Origin: Eledone cirrhosa
Lineage: Eukaryota
Assembly: GCA_964016885.1 (NCBI GenBank)
Contig: CAXHJY010001285.1
Location: 42,157 to 106,156, forward strand
Direction: 5' to 3'
DNA length: 64,000 bases
Shown: one piece after another, positions 1-11,831 of the stretch
How positions within the stretch are numbered: the stretch's first letter is position 1
Layout of the letters: the number at the start of each line of letters is the position of its first letter
The notes under the pieces: generated by a model
What the model was told of the DNA's origin: nothing
What the model saw: the letters and a program-made list of their open reading frames with translations, nothing else
Database searches by the model: none
Translations under genes and position numbers: made by a program

Positions 1-1700
1 GCCCCACCGAAGCCAGGTTTACACCCTACCCTCTCTATGATGTATCGCATGAGGTGGAGGTTGTCGTGTATGGACCTGGCTGGGATTGCGCAAGTTTGCG
101 CCTCCCCAACCAAATCCTCGACGACAAGCGCCAATCTCTTTGCTAATACCTTGGCCAAAATCTTAAACACTGTGTTGAGCAGAGTTATGGGCCTGAAGTT
201 GTCTAATATATCCCTCTTGTTCTCGTCTTTCCTTATCAGTGTCACCATTCCCCTGCTCACAGAACTGGGAATACTCCCATTCTGCTGCCAGTTGCCGTAG
301 AGTGCTTCTAGGAGATCGGATAACAAGTCGGGTGACTTGCGCCTCATGCAGCCGACAAGGGCGTCCTGAATTTCGGCTGAAGTAATCGGCCTTTCGCAGC
401 GCTCAGCGTCGACCGTCGAGATGCGCGGCAAGCCGTCAAGGTAGGGACTGAAATCCGCTACTCTCTCTGACTCGCCACTTTCCCTGAACAACCGAACACA
501 GTGCTGACGAAAGGCCTCACACATCCGCTTGGAATCGCTTATCTCGTCTCCGCCTCGGTCAACCAAATACCGAATTGTGGTTTTATTACCACGCTGCGCC
601 TCCGCCACGCGGGCCCATCGAACAGCTTTGGTGCCCTCGTTTCTCAGCGCACACGCCTTAGCTCTGTCAATGCAACCTTCGTGTTTCGCATTGAAGAAAT
701 GGTGTAATGCCATTCTCGCCGCTAGCACGTCAGTTGCAATGCCACTACAAATAGCCTCGTCAAACTTATGTACCAGCTGCCCCTCCTTTCTACTTTTCTC
801 TAACGCTAGTTCTTTGCTGTACTCTATCGAAGCTACTCTAATCTCTCTTTTGAGAGCCACCCACCATCTGTTGTTGATGATCCCTCCTGTCAACTTTTGC
901 TTAACTAAATTGTTGACTCGGTTCCTGTAAGCCTTACGTGCCGGAAATGACATGTTCAGCTTCCAGTAAACCGGTCCTAACCTACGCGTTTTAACTAGGT
1001 CTACCGTACAGATCACAAATTTGTGATCTGAATAGGCGACCGTTTTAAAAAGTGGGCAGCCTACACAATTTCTATCTATTTTCTTAATGAAGATCCTGTC
1101 TATATACGATCTAGATTACCCCATTTTGTCCCTCTCCGTACTGGCACATTGGGGAAATCTAGTCGATCCCTGTCAGACAGTTGGAACTGGCTGAGTAGGT
1201 GCTTGAGGCTTTTGCACCCCCTGCTCCTATCGGCTACTCACTCCCACACAATCCCAGGGTGCGTCTACGATGCCATTCCAGTCCGCCGCTAATAGTAAAG
1301 GGCGAGACGTACCCAGAAAGGTCTCCAGGCGCCTAAAGAAGTCCGGTCGTCCGGCCCCTGTAGGAGCGTAGACGGCCAGCAGTCTAAAGGCACCACCTTC
1401 TCTACTGCTCACATCCAAGGCCACCAACTTACCGTCCGGGTCCCGGAAGATCGACCTTACCTCGAGATCCAGTCCTTTCCTAAACAGCACTGCCACTCCA
1501 CCTCCCATTCTCGGCCTGCTAACAGATGCGAAGATCTGATAGTCGTCGAAATTGGGGGCTAGTGCGCGCGTATCGGAAATTCTGGTCTCGCTGACGGCAA
1601 TCACATCCATTTCCAGCGACCTGAGGTGGTTGAGCAGGCGACCCTGCTTCCAGGTTGACACCATGCCACGAACATTTAAACTTACTACTCTTAATATGGC
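1..1700 (-). pseudogene. LINE ORF2 (APE endonuclease + start of RT), disrupted
   Basis: Motifs SLNVRG, IAVSETR, GGGVAVLF, AVYAP and ADWN. At 37-300 it reads NFRPITLLNTVFKILAKVLANRL...AQTCAIPARSIHDN. There are stops/frameshifts, and the usual SPGxDG motif is cut short at about 330 (KSP-DLLSDLL). Confidence 0.9.
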
Positions 1701-1731
1701 AATGTTGGCAAGCTAAAAGAGATAGGGAAGG

Positions 1732-3579
1732 TTAACTTATCTCCCGGGGTCTTGTGAAGGTCGGGTGGTTAGACCTCCATGGTTGGTGGGTTTCTTTTGG
1801 GAACCCCTTTAAAAGTCTCGATGTGGGTTTCCCATTCGGGGTTCCCACGTCTTGAGGAAAACTCTCTCGAATTTCTTTGAAGGAATCGAGTGACATATGG
1901 ACCAGAAGAAAATCTTCAGGCACGCAAAATGTGCTCATTTCAAAAATTTCCCCTCTGTTTGAATGTCCTCGTTTCGTGCTAAGAGGGCCATCACTTTATC
2001 GTTGGCCCTTCTGACAAGCACGAAGTTTTTAACATTTTGTTGGTGTGGTTTTATTTGTTTTCGTTTTGGTGACTGTGGTGGTGTTGTTTCGGGTATGTCT
2101 GTGTTTGTTGTAGGTGTGGTGTCTGCAATTTCAGGTATTTGTGTGTTTATTTGTACTTGTATTTTTTTAGGTTGTTTGCGTTTCGGGGATTGTGGGGGTG
2201 GTGTCGATGTTGCTGTTGGTGATGATGTTATTGGGGAAGTGTTTGCGTTAGTGGTGTCTGTATTTTTCGTTGTGTATGTTTTTGTGTTTTGTTGGGGTTT
2301 CTTTTTTGTGAGTTTTCTCTGGGTTTTTTTTTGCACTTTTGGGTTTTCCTTCATCTTCGCTGCTGGAGGACAAAGGGTCTGTGGTTGTGAATGTCTCTGT
2401 GGCTGTGTGTGCGTTTATTGTTTTGTCTATGTGTATAATTGGGGGGGGGAGGGGCTTTCCTCGTTTTCCCCTTGGATTGGTTTTGGTGTTGGTGGTGGTC
2501 CGGCTGTTTCTGATGTTGGTGTTGTTTTTGGTGGCGGTGGTGCAGCTTTCCGCGCTGACACTGGCGTTGGCAACAAAGGAGGTTTGCGAACCCCTGCATT
2601 TTTTGCGCTGAGCGCAAAACTCTTGCAGATGCGTTGCTTCCCCGCAGACGAAGCAGTGTGGCCTTCTTTCCTAAGTGATTAGTTGGATTGTTGTCCCGTC
2701 CTGCAGGTTGGCAAAATCCGGGATGTTGTTCATGTCCTCCGGTTTCATTTGGAGAAGAATCTCCAAATCCATTCCGGACCAGTCTTCTCCCTCTGTCCTT
2801 TTGATATCCAGGTGAGTAGTGTCTGTCCCTTCCTCGATTACGCATCCCAGCAGCCACCATATGTTCATTCCTGGTGGGATGCTGGGAATGCGGACCTTTA
2901 CTGTCCTTTTACCCATGTAGGACGGGTGCATGATAATGCGTTCCGTTCTGCGGGGGGTCACCGAGTGCTTAATAGCGAGTGCCTCGGTTTTGAACAGTAC
3001 CAAGAAGGTACCGAACTGTCTGGCTCTTGCTTTATACTCTATGTCACTTCCGATGCACTCCAAAGCAGCCTCGACCTCTGCTTGCAAGTTCCACTTTTCG
3101 TGTCTGTACCGAAATGCATCGAAAGTACATCGTCCTCCTTTGGATGGCCGCTATTGCCCCGTCCGGGATGGTCAGGTTTGCCCAGGACTTCTCCCGTTTA
3201 ATTAGCCTCCACGCCTGGGCCAACTATTCGTTTTTATCGCTAATATCAATATCCAATAAGTGCTTTGTTTTTGTTGCTGCTGCATCAAATGTGGTGCCTC
3301 TGATACTCTTGATGTTGGTGTTGTCGTTCTTGCTGTTATTGTTGTTGTGGTGGTGGTGGCGGTGGTGGCGGTGGCGGCGGTGGTGGTGATGTCGTTTTCA
3401 GATGATACTGCTGCTAAGACAGAAGGTTGTGATGGTAGCTTTTGAGTTTTGCATTCACATTCAGTAGAGTGGACGACAGGCATGTCTGTAGCCGTCGTAG
3501 TTGTGGTGAAATCTACAGTGGCTGCTTTTAAACTTTTGACCTGAACGTCGTTTACCGTTTGAAGGTCGAAAATTTCCAT
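1732..3579 (-). pseudogene. LINE ORF1 (gag-like, zinc knuckle), disrupted
   Basis: ORF pieces at 3202-3579, 2671-3087, 1935-2354 and 1732-1938. After the TAG at 2671 the frame reads ERRPHCFVCGEATHLQEFC (CX2CX4HX4C). Thr/Pro-rich linker with duplicated PPQSPKRKQ. Confidence 0.8.
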
Positions 3580-3813
3580 TTCTTGGGAAGCGATTTATTT
3601 CGAAGTTTAAAAAAAAAAATCTGAATATTCGGGCTTAAAGCCCGAATATTGAGAGGTATCACTCCCTTGAAACCAAGATGTGTACCTTATGTTTCGTTAA
3701 CGACAAGAAAATAGATAAAATGATACTTTAAAACAGCTTAAAGTTACGAACCTTTCCCCCCGCAGACTTGTACTGTCTTCACACATGTGCGTCCATAATA
3801 ATAATATTAATAA

Positions 3814-4000
3814 TAATTGTTTCTACTTTTGGCAGAAGGCCAGCTATTACCCCCAGTGTATTACTGGTACTTTATTTCATCGACCCCATAAGGATGAAAG
3901 GCAAAGTTAACCTCGGCGGGATTTGAACTCAGATTGGCAAGGGCCTCAGTGCGTCAAAGCATGACGTCCGACCCTGTACCGATACTGCCAATCCACCGCC
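3814..4000 (-). mobile_element. tRNA-derived SINE family A, full length
   Basis: Reverse complement starts GGCGGTGGATTGGCAGTATCGG (A-box like), has B-box GAGTTCAAATCC, core GCCTTTCATCC..GGGGTCGAT and 3' end GTAGAAACAATT. Many copies in the window. Confidence 0.9.
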
Positions 4001-4021
4001 CTTAATAATTATAATGATAAT

Positions 4022-4210
4022 AATTGTTTCTACTATTGGCACAAGGCCAGCAATTAACCAGTACATTACTGGTACTTTATTTTATCGACCCCCTAAGGAT
4101 GAAAGGCAAAGTTAACCTCTGCGGGATTTGAACTCAGAATGGCAAGGGCCGTAACTCTATACGTCAAAGTATGGCGTCCGACCCTCTACCGATACTGCCA
4201 ATTCACCGTC
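4022..4210 (-). mobile_element. SINE family A, full length (tandem with previous copy)
   Basis: Same sequence as 3814-4000. Confidence 0.9.
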
Positions 4211-4302
4211 TAATTGTTTCTACTTTTGGCACTAGGCCAGCAAAACCCAGTGCATTACTGGTACTTTATTTTATCGACCCCATACGGATGAAAAGAAAAG
4301 TT
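4211..4302 (-). mobile_element. SINE family A, 3' half
   Basis: Matches the 3' half of the family. Confidence 0.85.
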
Positions 4303-4491
4303 ATTTTGATTCCGGAGTCGGGCCAAAATAATAATAATGATGATAATACAAGGACGATTTGCTAAGCATTCATTACATTTATAGATTGGTGACGTGCGTT
4401 TCGCTACATCAACTCACGGTTCGATTTTTATCAATCAGGCCCGACTCCGGAATCAAAAGCTCGTCGGACATCTGCTGTTTTAATGACATTA

Positions 4492-4580
4492 TTTCCCTTT
4501 CATCCTTACGGGGCCGATAAAATAAAGTACCAGTAATGTACTGGGTAATTGCTGGCCTTGTGCCAAATGTAGAAACAATT
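4492..4580 (+). mobile_element. SINE family A, 3' half
   Basis: CCTTTCATCCTTACGGGG...GTAGAAACAATT followed by (TA)n. Confidence 0.85.
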
Positions 4581-4604
4581 ATATATATATATATATAATG
4601 AACT

Positions 4605-4722
4605 TTACGGTCGGAGATCAAAACCCGTCGAGGTTAACCTTGCATTTATCGGGGTCGATAAAATAAAGTAACAATAATGCACTGGGTAATTGCTGACCTT
4701 TTGCTAAATGTAGAAACAATTA
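4605..4722 (+). mobile_element. SINE family A, diverged partial copy
   Basis: GAGGTTAACCTTGC...GGGGTCGATAAAATAAAGTA...GTAGAAACAATT. Confidence 0.75.
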
Positions 4723-4730
4723 TATATATA

Positions 4731-5095
4731 TAATGAAGGAATGAAGAATAACACGTATAAGCTATACAGTAGGGTTTATTCCAAGCATTAACATATGTTT
4801 CATTGAGTAGTATGTGATTGGATAGGTCTTAAAATTGCTATCTGCAATAATGTTGTGACACTCCATTTTAAATACTGCTCATACAATGCAAAATATCAAA
4901 ATACCGATTTGGGATCGACGATTCAATGTATTTATACAGGGGCATACAGACATTAAGATGAAAAATAACAAGATCAAAAGCTGATAACGATTATAAGACA
5001 CATCCTACCACACACTAGTCAATGAAACTTATAGTAATGCTTAGAATAAACCCACCTGTATAGCTTATCTGTGTTATTTTTCATTCCTTCATTAT
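4731..5095. repeat. Imperfect inverted repeat (about 115 bp arms, 4731-4845 / 4980-5095), pLTR-like
   Basis: AATGAAGGAATGAAGAATAACAC.. versus ..GTGTTATTTTTCATTCCTTCATT. Hammerhead-like 3' half (GAAACTTATAGTAATGC) in the arm. Left end abuts (TA)n. Confidence 0.75.
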
Positions 5096-5489
5096 TAAAA
5101 CTCCCAGGAATTGCTTATCTAGGAAATATCCGAAATCGGCCATCCGAACGCCACAAATAAGTAAACATCTTGTTTGGTCAACCAACGCTGCACGTTAAAA
5201 TCGCAAGCACCAACACGACATCATCAGGCAGAATCTTACGTGTTACGATCATGCAACATATCTAATGCAATACAGGATATCAAAAAGGCAACGGACTATT
5301 CGATGTTGCTTCTACGAGTGCATCCCCTTATAAAACTATCAAATCGGATTTTTAAGGGAAACCTAGCGTTGACTGCATAAAATATATTGATTCAGCGTTT
5401 ACTCTTTAGAGCTGTATACGTAAACTTGATTAGTCAATATCATTTGACACAAGAGTATATGTAAGTGCCACTTCTACAAAATTCAAAGA

Positions 5490-5604
5490 ACGCCGGTACT
5501 CATTTCTACAGCTGAGTAAACTGGAGCAACGTGAAATAAAGTGTCTTGCTCAAGGAAATAACACATCACCCGGTCCGAGAATTGAACTCACAGCCTTTCG
5601 ATTG

Positions 5605-5606
<2 letters not shown>
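5490..5606 (-). mobile_element. tRNA-derived SINE family B fragment
   Basis: Reverse complement GAGTTCAATTCTCGGACC..CCTTGAGCAAGACACTTTATTTCACGTTGCTCCAG matches the copy at 41.2 kb. Confidence 0.8.
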
Positions 5607-5650
<44 letters not shown>

Positions 5651-5657
<7 letters not shown>

Positions 5658-6163
5658 GGAAATTGAGTAAAATCGAATCTCTGGCGGTTTGCAAGCAAAT
5701 TCGGCCTACTTATGAAATGATGAGTTAGCAAAGCACTCGATAGGTTAGGTCCTTAGAGTAATAACATGCGTTTAAATAGCTTGACAAATCGAACATTGTG
5801 GTAGGCAAAATCTAACACACATTAATATACCAAAGTAACGATAGAACTAACAGGTTGAGAAAAATACACCTGGACAAATCAAATGATTTTACGTTTAAAG
5901 TGTTTCTTTGAATCCGAAATCAAATATCAAACTTATGTGACTGGCAAGCTCGTGGTATTAATAATCGAACGGAGGATTCAGTTTTTCAACAGGTTTTTCG
6001 TTCTACCCAGAACAGGGGTGATAGGCTAAATATTGCTGCTAGAAGCAGCGTATCGTATCTATAGCTGTCACCTGTTAATTCCAGCAAGGGAAATAACCCC
6101 TGGTTTTTGGCGGGTCATTCAAAATGTTAGACAAAGGAAATATTTTAATTTCCGCTAATCATC

Positions 6164-6165
<2 letters not shown>
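5651..6165 (-). repeat. Dispersed non-coding repeat (about 515 bp), (TA)n-flanked
   Basis: Reverse complement matches 56600-57115. Confidence 0.85.
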
Positions 6166-6246
<81 letters not shown>

Positions 6247-6529
6247 ACATATATACTCTTGTGTTAAATTATATTGACTAACCAAGTTTACGTATACAGC
6301 TCTAAAAAGTAAACGCTGAATCAATATGTTTTATGCGCTCAACGCTAGGTTTCCCTTAAACATCCGATTTGATAGTTTTATAAGGGGATGCACTCGTAGA
6401 AGCAACATCGAATCGTCCGTTGCCTTTTCGATATCCTGTATTGCATTAGATATATTGCATGATCGTAACACGTAAGATTCTGCCTGATGATGTCGTGTTG
6501 GTGCTTGCAATTTTAACACATACACACAC

Positions 6530-6641
<112 letters not shown>

Positions 6642-6879
6642 GTGTGCGTGTGTGTGTGTGCGTGTGTGTGTGCGTGTGTGTGTTTTGTGCTTGTATGTGT
6701 GCGTGTAAAATGTTAGGAAATCCTATATTACCAATTTTATCTCATCGACATATTCAGATATTTTATATAGGCATGCATGCACACACACATGAAACATCTA
6801 ATTGAATTCACATATTTTAAATATTTACTCTATTATAAACAAACATGTTCATTAACATGCATTTTCGCTATTGATTCAT

Positions 6880-8557
6880 TGATTCTAAATCTAACGGGAG
6901 AGTAGAGTGTACATTTGGGGTCATCAGTCTAGCACACATATCCGGACAATAAGTGGTGTGGAATCCATTCCCACGCGTCTTGATACCCATTTGTCTCCGT
7001 TATAATAATGCATTAGCTAGAGATGGATACTAGGACAAAATTGAATACATGCATATAGATAGAAACAATTACACATCCACTCATAGCCCCAAACATACCA
7101 TAGACATAAACACTAACATACACACAATTATCGGTAATGAAAATAATAGAGTTACTCGAACCCGAAACAAAAAAGACAGGATAAACCCGGCTACAAATAG
7201 ATATAACTTAAATACTCCCATAAAGTTAAATAGGAGAGTAAGGTCCTGTTCAGTTCTGTGGTACAATCCACCACACTCCTTAGGACTACAAAAAAAACAT
7301 AGCTTTTTTAACGCATTAGATAAATGTTTTCCTAAATCACACAAATACAGTCAAATCTTTAATCGAAACACAATTAAACTTTCTTACTTGACAACCAAAA
7401 GCATAGCCTAGATTACAGCGAAGATTAACAATAGAAATCTGGGAATCAAACAAAGAGATAACTCATAATAGCAAGCACAGAAACACTGGTAGAGTAAACA
7501 GCAACTCGAATAACAAGGATAATATATAAATAATATAAACCAACGGACACACAGACAAAAATGGTAACATAAATAATTGCAATTGCAGCAATCATAACAG
7601 TTTCCCAATGAAAAATAACTATTTAAATGAAAATATTGTTTACGAATATGAAGTAAGAAGGATAATAAAACTTTAAGAAATATTGGTGCAACTTCTACTA
7701 GGTTTAAGGAAAGGTGGTATAACTATTACGACTTATTTAAAAGAGCTGATAAAAGATCTAGCACAGCCTTGTCGGAACTGATTAGGTCGCTAAAAAATAT
7801 ACAAGTGGAATACTCCCTTTCTTGGTCAAAACTCTCACATGCTTTTCCATATATGAATGGATCTATATCTAAGGGGTTTGACCTCTGTACTACAGAGACT
7901 TTGCACATCATAAATAGTAGGCAAACCCTCTGAAATGTTTAATTCTTGTTTACACAAAATTAAGAAGACATTTCGGAGTGTATATAGTTAAAACTTCAGT
8001 AGATAATGTTAAATAGATCATCAAATAATTAATTAAACATTCATAAATATATCGATACATAATAACATCAGCATCAAAGTACAAATATCAAAAATTAGAA
8101 TTTGTATCTAAGTGAATAATATCTATTATAAAAATATTTTGAAATACAGTTTCTACTTGCCCTACTATAGTGACCTAAATCAAGTGACGAATCCGGTAAC
8201 TTGAACCCTAGCCAGTTCACAAGCAGCAACGCCAATCTCACGCACATATAAGAACTGCTACTTGAGGAATTCAGACATATGCTTACTGGTCGGCGAAGCG
8301 AATAACACGTATGACCGGTGACATATCAAAGGAACTTTACATCTCGTTTGTATTTTTGTCTGAAGAGAACGCGTATGGGAGTTGTTATACAACTGCCCTA
8401 CGTCTTTGAAATACGTATAAGAAAATAAATATGGATGTATGAACGAAACCGCCTTTCTTGTTTATTATAAAACTCTGGATGAACAAAAACCGTGGATTGC
8501 TTCATATCTGTTAAGAAAACGTCGGCAGATTTTCAATCAACCAACTTTCTTCAAATT
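6880..8557 (+). mobile_element. Hydra-type PLE, 5'-truncated and decayed (RT C-terminus, linker, GIY-YIG, pLTR)
   Basis: VLWYNPPHS..FFNALDKCFPKSHKYSQIFNRNTIKLSY, CNCSNH, YIGATSTRFKERWY and DLCTTETLHII are homologous to the 15.3-16.6 kb ORF. Hammerhead at 8351; ends at (TA)n. Confidence 0.85.
8351..8427 (+). ncRNA. Type I hammerhead ribozyme motif
   Basis: tatttttgt CTGAAGA [long stem II gcgta-tggg-agttgt/acaact-gccc-tacgt] GAAA tacgta TA agaaaata, with palindromic stem III. Confidence 0.75.
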
Positions 8558-8807
8558 ATATATATATATATATATAAGCAAGATGTATGGTAGGTCGTAT
8601 GTGAATCCCTGACTCTTAGGCCCTTTTCAAATTCTCTTAACTCCCCATAACCCCTCCCTTTTACAACTCCGACAACTAATATAAAAGAGCCCCCTTAGAA
8701 TATACACCCCAAATATACAAGCGGAGCTGCTGATGTATACCACAATTTCAAACTGCTAATCTTGAGTGAAACGTTGATGTAAATAATGAACTTACAATCA
8801 CATGTTA

Positions 8808-8858
8808 TATGCCTTGAAAAGTCCCACCATATGGTCGGACGAAACGGCTGTCGGCAAT
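8808..8858 (+). ncRNA. Degenerate hammerhead motif in a solo pLTR-like segment (8577-8905)
   Basis: tgcc TTGAAAA gtcc-caccatatggtc-ggac GAAA cggctg TC ggca. Stems I-III are intact but the core has 2 substitutions. Confidence 0.6.
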
Positions 8859-9019
8859 AAACTTGTTATAATGTCATAATAGTTCCTTTGTTCTTTTTCA
8901 ATAATATATATATGAGCAAATATTGCATCAAGAAAATTAAGACTTCGGCGTGTTGAGAAAAGGAATTTATTTGCTTTAACATATGTTTCTGTGTCTATTA
9001 TACATTTTGTACATATGCT

Positions 9020-9650
9020 GCCTACAATATATATTGTTCAATCATATGCAATACTTAATTATTTATTACAGTTCATCAAAAATCCTATAATAGAGTTATT
9101 CAACTATTCACTACGGTAATAGCTGTGGTGGAAAGGCTAGTCGTATTGTGTCTCTATTTTGTATTCTATGGAATTTGTGTGTAGGAGGAAAGGGTTCGTC
9201 TATAAGTTTGAAGAAGAAATAGGATAGCTTAGTAATTACCAGATCATTGTGCAGGGGATTATATCGTAGGTATGATTTTGTGCGGGACCTCCTTGGTGTT
9301 TTCTTATTTGCAGTATTATTATTTGTCCTGCCACTGTGGGGCTTTGAGTCGTTGGTATTTAAATTTGCAAATTTTGAATGATATACTTGTGATGTTTCCC
9401 ATTGGGCTGGTTGGAGTTTCCTCCGCATGGTGTATCTGGAAGAAATCTTAGTGGTTCATCATAACCCGCACTAAGTAGAGTAGCGTTGTAGTAGTCTGCA
9501 TGTGTGTTGTAAGAGGATTCAGAGGCAGACAATTTAGAGATCCTAAGGGATATATTTTTAGCAATGGAGCTAGTGATAGTCGTAGGATGGTTAGACCAAC
9601 GATTAATATGTTTTAAGTCATCGTTATGTATAGGAAAGAGTCGGGACACC
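9020..9650 (-). mobile_element. Hydra-type PLE fragment (RT thumb/linker)
   Basis: HINRWSNHP..KNISLRISKLS..YYNATLLSAGY and RYNPLHN..FFFKLIDEPFPPTHKFHRIQNRDTIRL. Confidence 0.8.
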
Positions 9651-10399
9651 GACGACTGAGCTCTTGTTGTTTCAAAAGCTATTAAAGTCTGAGACTAGCT
9701 GATGAAAAGGCAAGAGCTCAGCCGTTGACATCCCGACTCTTTCATATTACTATAATCTACTACGCCAAGTATCGAGTACTCTGGTGAGTAATCGTTTAGA
9801 CAGGTTTTTACTGCATCCATATTAATTAATATATATATATATATTAAAATGGATGCAGTTTTGTTATTAAGAAATAATATTTTGAAATTAATTAGCTGAA
9901 TACATTTGTAGTACAACTTTCTCTAATTCACAAAATAGTTTTGTTCAATAATTAGATATGAATTATCTTCTTTTTTAGTCTATGTAGATTTGAAACTATT
10001 ATAAATTTTCTGTGTGCCTAAATCCGTCTTAGCAAGCTGAATAGCATATATTTATACCTATTTGAAAATGTGATTTTACATTTCTCTTTAGTTTATATAT
10101 CTGTTGCTTCCGGTTAAATATTCTCACTTTTCGTTTAACAAAAGGAATGTGATAATTCATTTAGTTTATATGATATTTAGTTACATAGATGTACACCAGA
10201 TGTCTTAAGTTATGTTTAAGCTTAACTATAGGACATTTTATGAAAAGCGTAAGGTATTTTCTCATTTCAATGAAAGTGAAGGTGCACTGTTTTTTTGTTT
10301 TCATGTTATTTCGTCACAGTGTTTTATCAAATGCTGTGTCAGTTTTATGGTCTATCACCACATAACCAGATTACCGCCACTGGTGTCTATTCTTCGTCA

Positions 10400-10650
10400 T
10401 GTGTAGAAGGGTCTTGGTGTTGTGACCAGTCCAGTTGTCGAACAATGATGTATTTTGTCGCCCTCGACTGTGCCCCGAATGATTGTTTCAGATAAGGAGT
10501 GGTAATGAGTTATATGAGCATACCAGGCAAACTTCCGTCGTTTTACCATCACAAGGAGAGGTTCCTGACTGTCAGCATATCTGTTAACTTGCGACCTGAC
10601 AAAACTTTGTTTTGTGCTCCGTGTACGTATATGCAGCAAAACTCGAATAC
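10400..10650 (-). mobile_element. RTE-clade LINE C-terminal fragment
   Basis: PLLVMVKRRKFAWYAHITHYHSLSETIIRGTVEG resembles the RTE motif KRRKLxWxGHVxR...GxVEG. Confidence 0.75.
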
Positions 10651-11052
10651 CTAGATTCGTGATTACATGTCAGGTGTGAGAGTTCAATTCAGTTGGATGT
10701 GTATAAGTGGTAAATAAAATGATTTTGTTTCATTACGGTTTACAACCGCTCACCTTCTTAAATAATCCTAAACATCTGATAACTAATCGATATCCTGTAT
10801 TTAACTGAATAATAAGACGTTAATACTTCTTGAACAAGCATGAAAATCATAATGCCTTTAGGGCCAAATTTATATATATATCTAAAATCTTGAGATGTGT
10901 TGATATAACTCCGAGCTAGGATATATATATAGCAAAACGAATGTAATGTGCAAATTTATTTGAAACATTTTACATATGGTTGACTTATAACACACTCGGT
11001 CACTTTCCTTCTCACACGCACATAAGCTTCCATGCACACACATACATATATA

Positions 11053-11152
<100 letters not shown>

Positions 11153-11249
11153 GAGAGAGAGAGTAAGTAGGATTGGAAAAGGCACGGGAAATATATTTAA
11201 AGAATCTGTTTTTCTTTTTTTTCTTCTTTGATCCGTCAAAGTGACATTA

Positions 11250-11756
11250 TTGAAAAAATGAGAAAAACATTTTTTTTTTTTAAAGGAATTTAATCTTATA
11301 AAGTATATAAGATATATAAAATATTACCGTTTTCGATATATCGGTGTAATCCATCTAATCAAATATTAAATATTACAATTAAAATGAATTAAAAAAGGAT
11401 AACAAATTTAAAATGTTAAATTCAGTGTCGCAGAAGGACTGTTCATCTATCTTGCTGGGAGCAAGACAGGGTCTAAAAAGAAACCTCATATATATAGAGA
11501 GAGAGGTAGTAGTAGTAGTAGTAGTAGTAGTTGTTGTTGTTGTGTGTTTTCACACAACAACAGTGTTTTTAGGAAGAGGAATGTTTCTGTATATATGTGT
11601 GTGTATCTCAATCGAGTTAAAGAACTGGTCAAGAGTTCAGTTGGAGGTGGCGAGGTGAGCAAACGCTTTAGGTGAGAGATTGTCAAAAGTATAGGATTGT
11701 AAAAGAAATTCTATTTTAGGAATGTGGTTTTAGAGGGTATGAGTGTGTATGTGAGA

Positions 11757-11831
<75 letters not shown>

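Larger units (their letters stand above)
1..3795 (-). mobile_element. L1/Tx1-clade non-LTR retrotransposon, 5' portion (continues off the left edge), decayed
   Basis: Minus strand order: 5' UTR, ORF1 with CCHC knuckle, ORF2 APE endonuclease, RT N-terminal motifs. The 5' end abuts a (TAA)n tract at about 3795-3815. Confidence 0.9.
5195..6517. repeat. Inverted repeat with about 265 bp arms (5195-5460 / 6250-6517)
   Basis: ORFs 5174-5380(+) and 6331-6531(-) give near-identical peptides, and the DNA arms are reverse complements. Confidence 0.9.

Noticed and set aside
1963-3201. Plus-strand ORFs of 239 and 172 aa
   Set aside because: They are antisense shadows of LINE ORF1
9709-9720. CTGATGA as another hammerhead core
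   Set aside because: No stem II or GAAA follows; it is part of the long hairpin arm
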